In this document: one piece after another, positions 1 through 9,986 of the stretch
How the letters are laid out: each line of letters starts with the position of its first letter
How positions within the stretch are numbered: the first letter of the stretch is position 1
Assembly: GCA_963725665.1 (NCBI GenBank)
Contig: CAVRZA010000006.1
Coordinates: 448,001-512,000 of the forward strand
Origin: an uncultured Actinomycetes bacterium
GTDB taxonomy: Bacteria; Actinomycetota; Thermoleophilia; UBA2241
DNA length: 64,000 nucleotides
Direction of reading: 5' to 3'
The notes under the pieces: model-generated
What the model saw: only the letters and a program-made list of their open reading frames with translations
The model's database searches: none
What the model was told of the DNA's origin: nothing
Program-made: the position numbers and the translations under genes

Positions 1-967
1 TCGTGAAGGCCTTGAACTCATCGATATCGACCAGCGCGATCATGTGCTGGCCCTCGGGGTCGAGGCCGAAGAAAGATAGGCGGCGGGCGATCTCCTCCTC
101 GTAGAGGTCGCTGGCGATGAGCTCGTCGAAGAAGTCGCCGGCGAGGCGCTTCTCGGTCTCGGCGACGGCCTTCTTCTTCACCAATTCGAGAGCGGTCACC
201 GTGACGACGTGGTGCAGGATGATGCGGTCGTAGTCGGAGAACTCCCCCGTGTCCTTCACCACGGCGAGGAAGGCGCCGATGCGGTGCGAAGCCACGATCG
301 GGTAGACCTGCACGGTGGTCGGGTTGCCATCGAGCCCGATGGAGAAGTTCTGGCGGTTGGCGCGCCGCTCCGAGATCTGGTGCCACAGGCCGGCGATCAT
401 CTCGCTGGTGAGCTGCCTGCGGTAGGAGGCCTCACAAAGGACGAGGCCGTGGAAGTCGAAGAGCACGGCGGAGCAGCCCACCAGTGTCGAGAGCGTCGTG
501 ATGATGCTGTCGAGGCCCCGCTCCTCGAGCACGATCTTGGTCAGCTTCTCGTGCACCGCAAGGCTGCGCTGGAGGAGCGCGTACTGCTCGTTGACGATCT
601 TCGAGGAGACCGCCTCCGTGATGGCGATGAACGGCACGCTGTAGGGCACCTCGAAGATGGGGAAGTCTTGCTCTTCGGCCATGTCGATCATGGCCTGGGG
701 CACCTTCTTGTAGCTGAACCCAGTGCCGAAGCCCAAGCCGGCGAGGTTGGCGTCGATGACGCTTGACAGGAACGTCGCCTGGTCCTCCGCCGAGTGGCCG
801 ATCCCCATGCCGGTGGAGAGGAGAAGCTCGCCGCCCTTGAGCCACTTCGCCGGGTCGCGCACCTCGGCGATGTGCACCCAGCGCACGGGGTTGCTCACGG
901 ACTTGCCCCCCGCCAGGAGCTTCAGATTCAGACCGGGGATATCGAGGATGTCCTCGACCGTGATCAT
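1..967 (-). CDS. PucR-family transcriptional regulator (3' end runs off the window)
   Basis: Absent from the ORF track. Manual translation from ATG 967 gives MITVEDILDIPGLNLKLLAGGKSVSNPVRWVHIAEVRDPAKWLKGGELLLSTG..., a typical PucR N-terminal domain, and later 'ETEKRLAGDFFDELI'. Confidence 0.88.
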   Translation of the reverse strand, partial: MITVEDILDIPGLNLKLLAGGKSVSNPVRWVHIAEVRDPAKWLKGGELLLSTGMGIGHSAEDQATFLSSVIDANLAGLGFGTGFSYKKVPQAMIDMAEEQDFPIFEVPYSVPFIAITEAVSSKIVNEQYALLQRSLAVHEKLTKIVLEERGLDSIITTLSTLVGCSAVLFDFHGLVLCEASYRRQLTSEMIAGLWHQISERRANRQNFSIGLDGNPTTVQVYPIVASHRIGAFLAVVKDTGEFSDYDRIILHHVVTVTALELVKKKAVAETEKRLAGDFFDELIASDLYEEEIARRLSFFGLDPEGQHMIALVDIDEFKAFT

Positions 968-1009
968 CGCTTCACGCCCTACGTTCGCCTTTGCCTTCGT
1001 CGCCCGGCG

Positions 1010-2179
1010 CTAGAGGCGCTTGACCACCTCGCCCATGAGGTCCTTCTCGGCCATGCCCTTCTCGACGTCGGTGATGAGCGAGCCACTGTCGCCCCAGCAG
1101 CCAACCTTGACCTTCTGCCCCTGCTGCCACTCGCGGCGCTCGGTGTGGAGCAGGTTCTGCTGCAGCACCTGCGCCAGGTGCTTGCCCTCTACATCGACGA
1201 TGAACTGCGTGATCGAGCCGATGTAGACCACCGCCTTGATCGTCCCGTCGTAGATGTTCTGGCGATCCTCCATCTCGTGCACGTCGTCGACCGGCGTGAT
1301 GAACAGCTTCTCCGGCCGGATGACGACGCCCACCTTCTGGCCCGCCAGGACGTCGTGCCGTCCCGTCATGACCTTGATCCCGAGGCCCTGGTCAGTGCGG
1401 CACTCCGCCAGCCCGTCCGTCACGGAGACGACGTCCGAGAGGTAGATGTTCGAGACACCGATGAAGTTGGCCACGAAGGCCGACTCGGGGTTCTCGTAGA
1501 TGTCGATCGGCCGCCCGACCTGCTCACAGAGACCCTGGCTCATGACCACGAGCCGGTCGCTCATGGTGAGCGCCTCTTCCTGGTCGTGGGTCACGTAGAT
1601 GAAGGTGATGCCGACGTCGCTCTGCAGCTTCTTGAGCTCCAGCTGCATCGCCTTGCGTAGCTTGGCGTCGAGGGCCCCGAGGGGCTCATCGAGGAGTAAC
1701 ACGGTGGGGCGGTTAACGAGGGCGCGCGCGAGCGCCACGCGCTGCTGCTGGCCGCCTGAGAGCTGGCTCGGCCTCCGCTGGATCATCTGATCCATCTCGA
1801 CCATCTCGAGCGCCTCTTGCACCCGCTGCTTGAGCTCGGGCTCGGGCACCTTCTGCCGCTTGAGGCCGAAGGCGACGTTCTCCCACACGTTGAGGTGCGG
1901 AAAGAGGGCGTAGTTCTGGAAGACGGTGTTGACCGGCCGCCTGTAGGGCGGCACGCCGGCGACCGGCGCGTTGGCGACGTAGATCTCGCCCTCGGTGGGC
2001 TGCTCGAAGCCGGCGACCATACGCAGCGTGGTGGTCTTGCCGCAACCGGAAGGGCCGAGCATGGAGAAGAACTCGCCCTTGCGGATCTGCAGGTTCATGT
2101 CCTTGACGGCGGTGAAGTCGCCGAACCTCTTGGTGACGTGCTCGATCTCGATGTCGTAGGTCTCGGGGTCCAGCGGCAT
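1010..2179 (-). CDS. potA: Polyamine-type (PotA-like) ABC transporter ATP-binding protein
   Basis: Walker [36 protein letters not shown], '[21 protein letters not shown]' and a TOBE-like C-terminus. Start moved to MPLDPE. Confidence 0.85.
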   Translation of the reverse strand: MPLDPETYDIEIEHVTKRFGDFTAVKDMNLQIRKGEFFSMLGPSGCGKTTTLRMVAGFEQPTEGEIYVANAPVAGVPPYRRPVNTVFQNYALFPHLNVWENVAFGLKRQKVPEPELKQRVQEALEMVEMDQMIQRRPSQLSGGQQQRVALARALVNRPTVLLLDEPLGALDAKLRKAMQLELKKLQSDVGITFIYVTHDQEEALTMSDRLVVMSQGLCEQVGRPIDIYENPESAFVANFIGVSNIYLSDVVSVTDGLAECRTDQGLGIKVMTGRHDVLAGQKVGVVIRPEKLFITPVDDVHEMEDRQNIYDGTIKAVVYIGSITQFIVDVEGKHLAQVLQQNLLHTERREWQQGQKVKVGCWGDSGSLITDVEKGMAEKDLMGEVVKRL

Positions 2180-2382
2180 GCTCTCCCTACCCTTTCTCGA
2201 ATCGCGAGCGGACATCGGCAGCGTCCCACCGATGGACGGCGAGGTCCTCCCGAACTGTACTACATGTCCAAATGGCAAGATAGACATAGGCGGCGCGAGA
2301 GGCCCGCGCGGCGCAAGACGCGCCGTCGGACGGCGCCGGCGCGGACCTCACGCGGGCGCGGCGGCGCGCCGACCACCGTCCT

Positions 2383-3195
2383 CTAGTGGTGGTCGACGCG
2401 CCGCCTGATCTGACGCCGCTTCATCTCAGCGATGACCCCGACCAGCTCGGCGACTGCCGCATCCAGGAGGGCGCGGCCCTTCTCGACGCTCGCCAACGTG
2501 GGATCGCCCATCGTGCCCGTACGCGACAGCGTAGACCAGTACTCCATCATGGAGCCTGGACCGTCGACCCAGTCCATGTAGAAGTAGTCCGAAGGCGGGA
2601 AGCTTATGTCCTTCTCGGCCTTGTCCATCTGTACCAGCTCGGGAGCGAGAGCGAGGTAGATCGACGTCTCGAGCTCGCAAGCATGCGCCATGCCGCCGGG
2701 GAACTCGGACTCGCGCACCTTGCGGACGGCCTCCTGTCCTTGAGCGGTGACAAGGTAGAAGTAGTCGCAGGCGATGGTCTCCGGGTGCTCGATGATCGTC
2801 AGGCGCGCGGCCATGTTGACGAGCGGCCCGTTGGAGCCGTGCCCGTTGGCGAGGATGAAGCGCCGGAAGCCGTGCCCGACCAGGCTTTGCGTGATGTCGA
2901 GCAGGTGTTCGACGAAGACGTGCCAGCGGATGTTGATGGAGCCCGGGAAGTCGCGGTGGTGCGGCGAGTAGCCGTGCGTGACCGCGGGCAGGAGCACGAC
3001 CTGGTCGGGCACCTTCGCGCAGGCGCCCTCGCAGATGGCTTCGACGATGCGCACGTCGCAGTCGACGGGCAGGTGCGGACCGTGGTCCTCGATCGTGGCG
3101 ATGGGCACGACGACCACCCGGTCCTCGTGGGCCACCGCGCGGATCTCGGGCCAGGTCATCTCGCGGTAGACGTACTTCTCGACTCTGGCGGTCAC
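2383..3195 (-). CDS. Creatininase (creatinine amidohydrolase) family protein
   Basis: Motifs PIATIEDHGPHLPVDCD, NGHGSN, HACELETS, GTMGDP. AGGAGG RBS precedes GTG 3195. Confidence 0.88.
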   Translation of the reverse strand: MTARVEKYVYREMTWPEIRAVAHEDRVVVVPIATIEDHGPHLPVDCDVRIVEAICEGACAKVPDQVVLLPAVTHGYSPHHRDFPGSINIRWHVFVEHLLDITQSLVGHGFRRFILANGHGSNGPLVNMAARLTIIEHPETIACDYFYLVTAQGQEAVRKVRESEFPGGMAHACELETSIYLALAPELVQMDKAEKDISFPPSDYFYMDWVDGPGSMMEYWSTLSRTGTMGDPTLASVEKGRALLDAAVAELVGVIAEMKRRQIRRRVDHH

Positions 3196-3289
3196 ATGTC
3201 GCCTCCTGATCTCACCTTGCGAATCGACAGGCACAGCCCCCGCTGCGCTGCACGTCCTCTCCGTCGCCGGGTTCTCCGCCGCGCGCCCG

Positions 3290-4441
3290 CTACATGGAGA
3301 AGACCTGGTAGGCGTTCTCGCAGGGTGGCCCAGCGCAGGCGTAGAGCCGGCGTTCGTCGAGGTCGCAGATCATACTGCCCACGGTCATGACGCGCTCGCC
3401 CGGCGGCGACGTCTCATCGGGATGGCCGCAGATGCACTCGTCAGGCGACGGCTCGTGGCAGCGCAGCACGCGCGCGACGAGCTCGACGGGGTCGTCGTCG
3501 CGCGCGACACCTTCAGCCAGCAGCCGCTCGGCCGTGGCGAGCCTGGTGCGCGACTCCTGGTGTTGGGACCCTTCGAAGGGCTGCATCTCGGGCGCCGCGT
3601 AGTGGTTCGTGTGCGCCATGTAACCGGCAGCCGTGCGGTCGGCAAGCGCCGTCGCGGTCGCCGACGCTTCGACGTCCCACAGGCGGCCGGCCAGATCCGC
3701 GAAGAAGTGGTTCGTACCCCGTGCCCTGGTCTCAAGCGCAGCCCTGGCCGTCGCCTCCTCGAGCGAGGGCGCTTCGATCGCCCAGCGGCGGACGAAGACG
3801 TTGGGCACGCCGACGCGGTTGTCGGTGGAGTGCACCGAGTTGCTCACATTGGCGATACCGTGCGAGCTCATGGCCAGCATGAGGAGATACGGGGCGCCGG
3901 CGATGCCCAGCAGGCGCGTGCCGTCGGGCACCGTGAGGTCGAAGAGGACGTTATTGGGGGCATCGATCACATACCAGTCCATGTTGTGGCCGACGACGCG
4001 GCGGCCGCGGCTCACGGCGGCCACTGCCGTGCAGTGGTCGCCCGTGCCGCGGCCGCCGCGGGCATCAGCAGCCGCCGCACCCGCTGTCGCGGCAAGCAGG
4101 GGAGCCGCACCGACCACCGGCTCGCCGGCCGTGAACTCCTCGCCGCAGTTGAGTACGAGCAGCTGGGCGAATGGCTGGTCAGAGCCTTCGGCCAGCCCCT
4201 CGAGCTCCTCGACGTACTGCGGCAGATGGCGGCGCGCGTACTCCCCGTAGACGGCGGCCTGCCGTTCGGCCTCGGCGAACGGCAGGCCGCCGCTCATGAC
4301 TTCGAAGTCGTCACGGAAGAAGGCCACCGACGCCTCGACCTGCGCGCGCGCCGCCTCTCCGACGGCGCGTCCCAGCTCGCGGTAGGAGCCCCCAGCCTGG
4401 ACGTAGACGAACGGGATGCCCCTGCCCGCGCGATCGTCCAT
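3290..4441 (-). CDS. C45-family Ntn-hydrolase / acyltransferase (AAT-like)
   Basis: GSYRELGRAVG, EELEGLAEG, autoproteolysis site 'HCTAV', GHNMDW, HTNHY, SRTRL. Confidence 0.85.
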   Translation of the reverse strand: MDDRAGRGIPFVYVQAGGSYRELGRAVGEAARAQVEASVAFFRDDFEVMSGGLPFAEAERQAAVYGEYARRHLPQYVEELEGLAEGSDQPFAQLLVLNCGEEFTAGEPVVGAAPLLAATAGAAAADARGGRGTGDHCTAVAAVSRGRRVVGHNMDWYVIDAPNNVLFDLTVPDGTRLLGIAGAPYLLMLAMSSHGIANVSNSVHSTDNRVGVPNVFVRRWAIEAPSLEEATARAALETRARGTNHFFADLAGRLWDVEASATATALADRTAAGYMAHTNHYAAPEMQPFEGSQHQESRTRLATAERLLAEGVARDDDPVELVARVLRCHEPSPDECICGHPDETSPPGERVMTVGSMICDLDERRLYACAGPPCENAYQVFSM

Positions 4442-4443
4442 GG

Positions 4444-5931
4444 TCAGATCGGCACTCCCTCAAGGACTGCGCGCGGGTCGGGCCACTCGCCGAGGCCGAC
4501 CTCGCGCGCCGCGGCGTCGATCAGGCGGCAGAGCTCCTTGCCCACGTCGTCGGGCAGGCCGACGGGCTCGCACGCGAGCAACTCGTCGACGCGCGCGCGA
4601 GCCGCGTCGACGACGCTGCGCCGCCGCGAGGCCGTCCACTCCTCGAGGCCACCCCTGAAGCTGATCGCCGGCACGCACAGCTCGCTGCGCATGTAGCGCC
4701 GCGTGTGCTTGGTGCCCAGAAAGCCGCTCCCTGAGAGGATGCCGTCGACCATTGCCTCGAGGTCGAGAGCGGATTCGTCGCACGGGTGGCTCCTCAAGGC
4801 GTAGAAGGCGTCGTTGAGGATCTCGTCGTCGAGCACGAGGACCTCGAGCGCCGTGGCCACGCCGGCCTGGATCTCGCCGATGCCCGACAAGAAGCGCGGG
4901 CGGGCGAGCAGGCCGAGGAAGGCGTTGAAGGCGTGCTCCCAGCCGAACTGCGCGTCGGCCACCTTGCTGTCGCTGGAGGGGCCGTAGCAGTCGCAGGCGA
5001 GCCCGTAGCGACGCGCAAGAAGCACCGCCGCGACCGAGGTGAGGCCGGTCTCGGGCGTGCCCGAGGCGACGCGGCCCGTGCGCGGGTCGACGGCGGAGAG
5101 GCGCGGACCGTAGTAGACCGGAGTATCTGGAGCGACGGTCTGCACCAGCACGACACCGGCGAGCACCTCGGCGTTCTGCTGCGCGATGGCCGCCGAGAGG
5201 GCGGCCGGCGCCGTCGTGCCGGCGGCCGGGCAGGGCAGGATCTCGACCACCACCTGGCGCGTTCCGGCCGACTCGATCAGCGCGTCGGCCACATCGCCGC
5301 CGAGGACCAGCGGGCTCACCGGCGAGAAGGCGAGGTCGAGCGGATAGCTACCGTCCGAGCCGTCGGCCCCCGTGAGCACCAGAGCCATCTCGCGCAGGTA
5401 GCTAGCCTGGAATGGGAACGAGATGCCCGGCCCGCCGATGTACTTGTCGGTCTCGTGGGCGACCGTGAGATAGGAGTACAACGGCTCGAGGGGGTCGGGC
5501 ACGTCGCCGGGTTGCACGAGCGAGGTCAGCGTGTGCTGGTTCTTCAAGTGGTGCATGACGCGCGAGAGCTCGACCTGGTCGCGCAGCGTGGCGCGATGCC
5601 CCGTGCCCGTGAGCGGGTCGACGACCTCACGGGCGCCGCCCAGGTTGTGCACGTACGTTGGCCCCGGCTCTCCGTCTACGGGCAGCGAGTGTTCGCGGGC
5701 GCGCGCGGCCATCGTGTAGCGCGGCGGGCAGGCCGCCAGGGCCGCCTCGACGAGGGCCGCGGGCACCAGAAGCCTGTCCTGCGGCCCCGGCGTGCAGCCC
5801 GCCGAGCTCAGCGCCGCGCGCGCCCGCTGCGAGTCGACGCGCACGCCGACCCGCTCCAGCAGACGCAGCGACGCCTGGTGGATCGCCTCTAGAGCCTCCT
5901 CGGACCAGAGCTCGGGGGTGCTCACCCCCAC
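4444..5931 (-). CDS. Trimethylamine methyltransferase (MttB) superfamily protein, non-pyrrolysine
   Basis: IHQASLRLLERVGV, SPVSPL, 'AGTTAPAALSAAIAQQNAEVLAG...VQ...P.TPVYYG', SDSKVADAQ, FLGTKHT. No in-frame TAG. Confidence 0.88.
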   Translation of the reverse strand: MGVSTPELWSEEALEAIHQASLRLLERVGVRVDSQRARAALSSAGCTPGPQDRLLVPAALVEAALAACPPRYTMAARAREHSLPVDGEPGPTYVHNLGGAREVVDPLTGTGHRATLRDQVELSRVMHHLKNQHTLTSLVQPGDVPDPLEPLYSYLTVAHETDKYIGGPGISFPFQASYLREMALVLTGADGSDGSYPLDLAFSPVSPLVLGGDVADALIESAGTRQVVVEILPCPAAGTTAPAALSAAIAQQNAEVLAGVVLVQTVAPDTPVYYGPRLSAVDPRTGRVASGTPETGLTSVAAVLLARRYGLACDCYGPSSDSKVADAQFGWEHAFNAFLGLLARPRFLSGIGEIQAGVATALEVLVLDDEILNDAFYALRSHPCDESALDLEAMVDGILSGSGFLGTKHTRRYMRSELCVPAISFRGGLEEWTASRRRSVVDAARARVDELLACEPVGLPDDVGKELCRLIDAAAREVGLGEWPDPRAVLEGVPI

Positions 5932-5935
5932 GGCG

Positions 5936-7768
5936 CTACAGCTCTTCCGCAGACGAACGGCGGCGGCGCAGCAGCCACACGACCACACCGACCACGACGG
6001 CGGCCACAGCGACGGGCACGATCCATACCCATACCGACGAGCCGCCGCCCTGCTCTTCAACCGCAGCCGTCGCCGGCTTGAGATCGATGTAGGTCGTGCG
6101 CATGAGGTTCCAGATCGGCCCGCCGTTCTTGGGCGGTACGAGATGCCAACCCGTCCACTTGTCCGCTCGGTAGGCCTCGAGGTTCACGTTGTACCAGAGC
6201 ACCAGGTAGGGCGACTCCTTGTAGAGGAACTGCTGCATCTGGTCGATGATGGCCTTGCGCTGCGAGGTGTCGCTAGGGTTGGCGGGATCGACCGCCGTCG
6301 CCTGCTGCTCGTAGAGCTTGTCGTAGGCGGGGTTCGAGTAGAAGCAGTCGCTCCAGCTCTGTATCTGATCGGTGGTAAATACCGACAGCATGAAGCCCGG
6401 GTCGATGTCGCCGCCCCAGCTCCAGAGGTACATGTCGAAGTCGCCCGCGTAGTTGAGGTCGTAGAAGGCACCCTCCTCAACGGGTCGGAGGCGCGTCTTG
6501 ATGCCGACGTCCTTCAGCCACACGCTGACCAGCTTCGCCGTTGTGACCTCTTCCGGGTAGTCGGTCAGCGGCGTGAGGCGGAAGTCGAGCTTGTTGCCCT
6601 TGGCGTCCTCGCGCACCCCGTCGCCGTCCCGATCCGTGTAGCCGGCCTCGTGGAGGATCTGCTTGGCCTTGTCGGGGTTGTAGGAGATGAGCTGGTCGGC
6701 CGGAGGCTCCCAGTAGTAGGGCGAGATCGGCGAGATCACGGTGGTTCCCGGCTTGGCAAGGCCCGACATGGCGGCGTCGACGATCTTCTGTCTGTCGATC
6801 GCCCACGAGCAGGCGAGACGGATGCGATAGTCGAGGAGCAACGGGTTGCCCTTCGACTTCGACGACTGCCAGCAGTTGAACCCGAGCTCGTAGAAGCCGA
6901 TGTAGGGAGCGTTGACCGTCTCCCAGCCGTTGGCTACCTTGAGCGCTCCGCAGCTGCGCAGCGGGGACGGAGTAGGCGGCGTCGAGGTTGCCCGCCTTGT
7001 AGTCCTGCACCATCGAGTCGGGGTTCTGATAGACGCTGTAGAGAATGGCGTCGAGGGTCGGAGCGCCGCCGAAGTACTGCTTGTTGGCGACCAGCCGCGA
7101 CGAACTTGCTCTTCTTCGCCTCGACCACCTGGAAGGGGCCGCTGCCGATCGTCGGCACGTTGGCCCACGAGTCGAGCTTGTCCTTGGGCACCTTGCTCCA
7201 GACGTGCTCCGGCAGGATGGGGATGTAGAGCGCCAGCATCCCTGCATTGGGCTTGCTGGACTCGATGACGAGCGTCGTGTCGTCCGGGGCCGTGACGTTC
7301 TTCACGCCGACCAGGTAGCTCGTGTACGCGTCTAAGGTCGTTGTCGAGGATGAGGTTGTACGTGAAGGCGACGTCGCGCGCCGTGAGCGGCTCGCCGTCC
7401 TGCCACTTCACCCCGGAGCGGATCTTGAAGGTCCATGCCTTGCCGTCGGCGCTCGTCGTCCAGCTCTCAGCCAAATCGGGGGCGGGCTTGTAGTCGTCGT
7501 CGTACCAGGTGAGGAAGTCATAGTTGAGGCGGAAGGACTCCCACGTGATGGAGCTCCACGAGCCGAAGGGGTTCATGCCGTCGATGTCCTCGGGCACGCC
7601 GATCTTCAGCGTCAGCTCCCCGGTCGCACCCGGCGACGCCGACACAGACGACCCGACGTACAGCGACGGCGTCGGCGAGGGCGACGCGGCCGCCGCCGCG
7701 GCGGGCAGCGCAGCAAGCGCCGCCGCGACGGCGGCCGCGATGAGTGACAGCAGTGCGATCCGTTTCAT
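5936..7768 (-). CDS. Family-5 (Opp/Dpp) ABC substrate-binding protein with C-terminal membrane anchor; three compensating +1 frameshifts
   Basis: Signal peptide MKRIALLSL..., PDLAESW, WQDGEPLTARDVAFTYN. The middle of the protein lies in two other frames (PILPEHVWS, IGSGPF; NKQYFGGAP). Indels at about 7335, 7099 and 6951. Confidence 0.85.
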   Translation of the reverse strand: MKRIALLSLIAAAVAAALAALPAAAAAASPSPTPSLYVGSSVSASPGATGELTLKIGVPEDIDGMNPFGSWSSITWESFRLNYDFLTWYDDDYKPAPDLAESWTTSADGKAWTFKIRSGVKWQDGEPLTARDVAFTYNLILDNDLRRVHELPGRREERHGPGRHDARHRVQQAQCRDAGALHPHPAGARLEQGAQGQARLVGQRADDRQRPLPGGRGEEEQVRRGWSPTSSTSAALRPSTPFSTASIRTPTRWCRTTRRATSTPPTPSPLRSCGALKVANGWETVNAPYIGFYELGFNCWQSSKSKGNPLLLDYRIRLACSWAIDRQKIVDAAMSGLAKPGTTVISPISPYYWEPPADQLISYNPDKAKQILHEAGYTDRDGDGVREDAKGNKLDFRLTPLTDYPEEVTTAKLVSVWLKDVGIKTRLRPVEEGAFYDLNYAGDFDMYLWSWGGDIDPGFMLSVFTTDQIQSWSDCFYSNPAYDKLYEQQATAVDPANPSDTSQRKAIIDQMQQFLYKESPYLVLWYNVNLEAYRADKWTGWHLVPPKNGGPIWNLMRTTYIDLKPATAAVEEQGGGSSVWVWIVPVAVAAVVVGVVVWLLRRRRSSAEEL

Positions 7769-7845
7769 GGCTCCTCGACCCCCGTGTTCGCTTGCTCGTG
7801 GCTCATGCGCCGCGGTCCCCACCGCGACGCACCGGTGCTTTCTCG

Positions 7846-7876
7846 GGCGCGGCTCGACGGAACGTCGAGCCGCGCC
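7846..7876. terminator. 14-bp perfect hairpin between oppF and the downstream binding-protein gene
   Basis: ggcgcggctcgacg-gaa-cgtcgagccgcgcc. Confidence 0.55.
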
Positions 7877-7880
7877 GCCT

Positions 7881-8972
7881 CTACCCCAGCCGCAGACAGG
7901 CGGCGTAGTGCGTGCCGCCCAGGTGCACGTCCTTCGGGTCCTTCTCCGGGCAGATATCCATGCGCACCGGACAGCGCGGGTGGAAGCGGCAGCCCGAGGG
8001 GATGTTGGCCGGGTTGGGCGTCTCGCCGGTGAGGATGGTGTGCTCCCTCTTCGCCGTCGGGTCGGGCACCGGGATCACCGAGATGAGCGCTTTGGTGTAC
8101 GGGTGTTGCGGGTTGCTGACGACCTCGTCGGTCTCACCGATCTCGACGATGCGTCCCAGGTACATGACGGCGATGCGGTCTGAGATGACCCAGGCCAGCG
8201 AGAGATCGTGCGTGATGAAGAGGTAGGTCACGCCGAGCTTCTCTTTGTGCTCGACCATCAGCTTGAGGATGTCGTTGCGGATCGACACGTCGAGGCTCGC
8301 CACCGGCTCGTCGGCGACGATCATGTCGGGCTCGAGCACGATGGCGCCGGCAATACAGACGCGCTGCCGCTGACCGCCCGAGAGCTCGTGCGGGTAGCGG
8401 TAGAGGTAGTCGCGCGGCGGGCGCAGGCCGGCGTCGTCGAGCGCCTTGACGACGCGCTCCTCCTTCTCGCGCTCGCTCGCAGTGAGCGCGTTGACGACCA
8501 GCGGCTCGGCGACGATGTCGAAGATGGTCTGCTTGGGATTGATGGAGTTGTAGGGGTCCTGGAAGATGATCTGCGCCTTCTTGCGGTACTCGCGCAATGC
8601 ACCCTGGCTGAAGCGGCGCAGCGGCAGACCCTTGTAGAGGATCTCGCCGCCCGTGGCCGGTTCCAGGGAGAGGATCGTACGGCCGGTCGTCGTCTTGCCG
8701 CAGCCCGACTCGCCCACGAGGGCGAGGATCTCGCCCGGGCTCACGGTGAAGCTGATCTTGTCGACCGCGCGCACCCACTTCTTCTCGGTCGAGATCATCG
8801 ACCTGAAGAAGCTCTCGCGCACCCGGAAGTACACCTCGAGGTCGCGCACGTCGAAGAGCTTGCCGTCCGTGACCTCGGCCGTCAGCAGGTCGGCGCGGTT
8901 GACCGTGCCGCCGACGGCCCTTTGATCTTGCGCGTCGGGCGGACGCTGTGCGGTCGTCGCCTTGTCTGCCAT
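7881..8972 (-). CDS. oppF: Oligopeptide/dipeptide ABC ATPase (OppF/DppF)
   Basis: [42 protein letters not shown]. Confidence 0.9.
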   Translation of the reverse strand: MADKATTAQRPPDAQDQRAVGGTVNRADLLTAEVTDGKLFDVRDLEVYFRVRESFFRSMISTEKKWVRAVDKISFTVSPGEILALVGESGCGKTTTGRTILSLEPATGGEILYKGLPLRRFSQGALREYRKKAQIIFQDPYNSINPKQTIFDIVAEPLVVNALTASEREKEERVVKALDDAGLRPPRDYLYRYPHELSGGQRQRVCIAGAIVLEPDMIVADEPVASLDVSIRNDILKLMVEHKEKLGVTYLFITHDLSLAWVISDRIAVMYLGRIVEIGETDEVVSNPQHPYTKALISVIPVPDPTAKREHTILTGETPNPANIPSGCRFHPRCPVRMDICPEKDPKDVHLGGTHYAACLRLG

Positions 8973-9986
8973 CTAGCTCACCCTTATGCAGCGGACGAAG
9001 TGGCCCGGCTCTGGCTCCGCCCTGGCAGGCTCGTGCCCCCAGCACTCCTCGCCGCGCACGTTGCAGCGCGGCTCGAAGCGGCAGCCCGGCGGCGGGGTGA
9101 GCAGGTTGGGCGGGTCGCCGGCGATCGAGGTCACCATCTCGCGGGACTCGTGGATGTTGGGGAAGGCGTGGATGAGCTGCTTCGTGTAGGGGTGCAGGGG
9201 GTTCCTGAAGATCTGCTCGGTGGAACCCGACTCGACCACCTTGCCGGCGTACATGATGACGCCCTTGTCGCAGGTCTCGGCCATCACCGAGAGGTCATGG
9301 CTGATGAGGATGAAGGCCAGGTCCAGCTCCTTGCGCAGGTTCTCGATGAGATCGAGGATCTGCGCCTGCACCATCACATCGAGCGCGGTGGTCGGCTCGT
9401 CGCCGATGACGAGCTTGGGGTTGCAGGCGAGGGCCATGGCGATCATCGAGCGCTGGCGCATGCCGCCGCTCATCTCGTGCGGGTACTCGTTGATGCGCGC
9501 GGGGTTGATGCCCACGAGCTCGAAGAGCTCCCGCGTACGCGCCGTCGCCTTGGCCTCGCTCACGCCCTCATGCAGCATGATCGGCTCGGCGATCTGCCTG
9601 CCCACCTGCTGCACCGGGTTGAGGGCGTTCATGGCCCCCTGGAAGATGATCGAGATCTCCTTCCAGCGGATCTTGCTCATGCCGTACTCGGTGCGCTTGG
9701 CGAGGTTCTTGCCGTCGAAGAGGACCTCGCCCGAGACGATGCGCCCGTTCTCGGGCAGCAGCTTCAGTATGGCGAGGGCGGCGGTCGTCTTGCCGCAGCC
9801 GGACTCGCCGGCCAAGCCGAGGCTCTCGCCTTCTCTCAGCATGAAGGAGACGCCGTCGACGGCCTTGACGTCGCCGGCGGCGAGCTTGAAGTAGGCGCGC
9901 AGGTCGCGCACGTCGAGAAGGCCCTCGTGCTCGATGCGCTGCGGCGCCGCCGCCGGCGCGGGCCCGACCTTGGCCTCAGCACTCAT
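8973..9986 (-). CDS. oppD: Oligopeptide/dipeptide ABC ATPase (OppD/DppD)
   Basis: [41 protein letters not shown]. Confidence 0.9.
   Translation of the reverse strand: MSAEAKVGPAPAAAPQRIEHEGLLDVRDLRAYFKLAAGDVKAVDGVSFMLREGESLGLAGESGCGKTTAALAILKLLPENGRIVSGEVLFDGKNLAKRTEYGMSKIRWKEISIIFQGAMNALNPVQQVGRQIAEPIMLHEGVSEAKATARTRELFELVGINPARINEYPHEMSGGMRQRSMIAMALACNPKLVIGDEPTTALDVMVQAQILDLIENLRKELDLAFILISHDLSVMAETCDKGVIMYAGKVVESGSTEQIFRNPLHPYTKQLIHAFPNIHESREMVTSIAGDPPNLLTPPPGCRFEPRCNVRGEECWGHEPARAEPEPGHFVRCIRVS

Noticed and set aside
4444-5931. Pyrrolysine recoding in the MttB homologue
   Set aside because: The frame is open with no internal TAG, and there are no pyl genes in the window.
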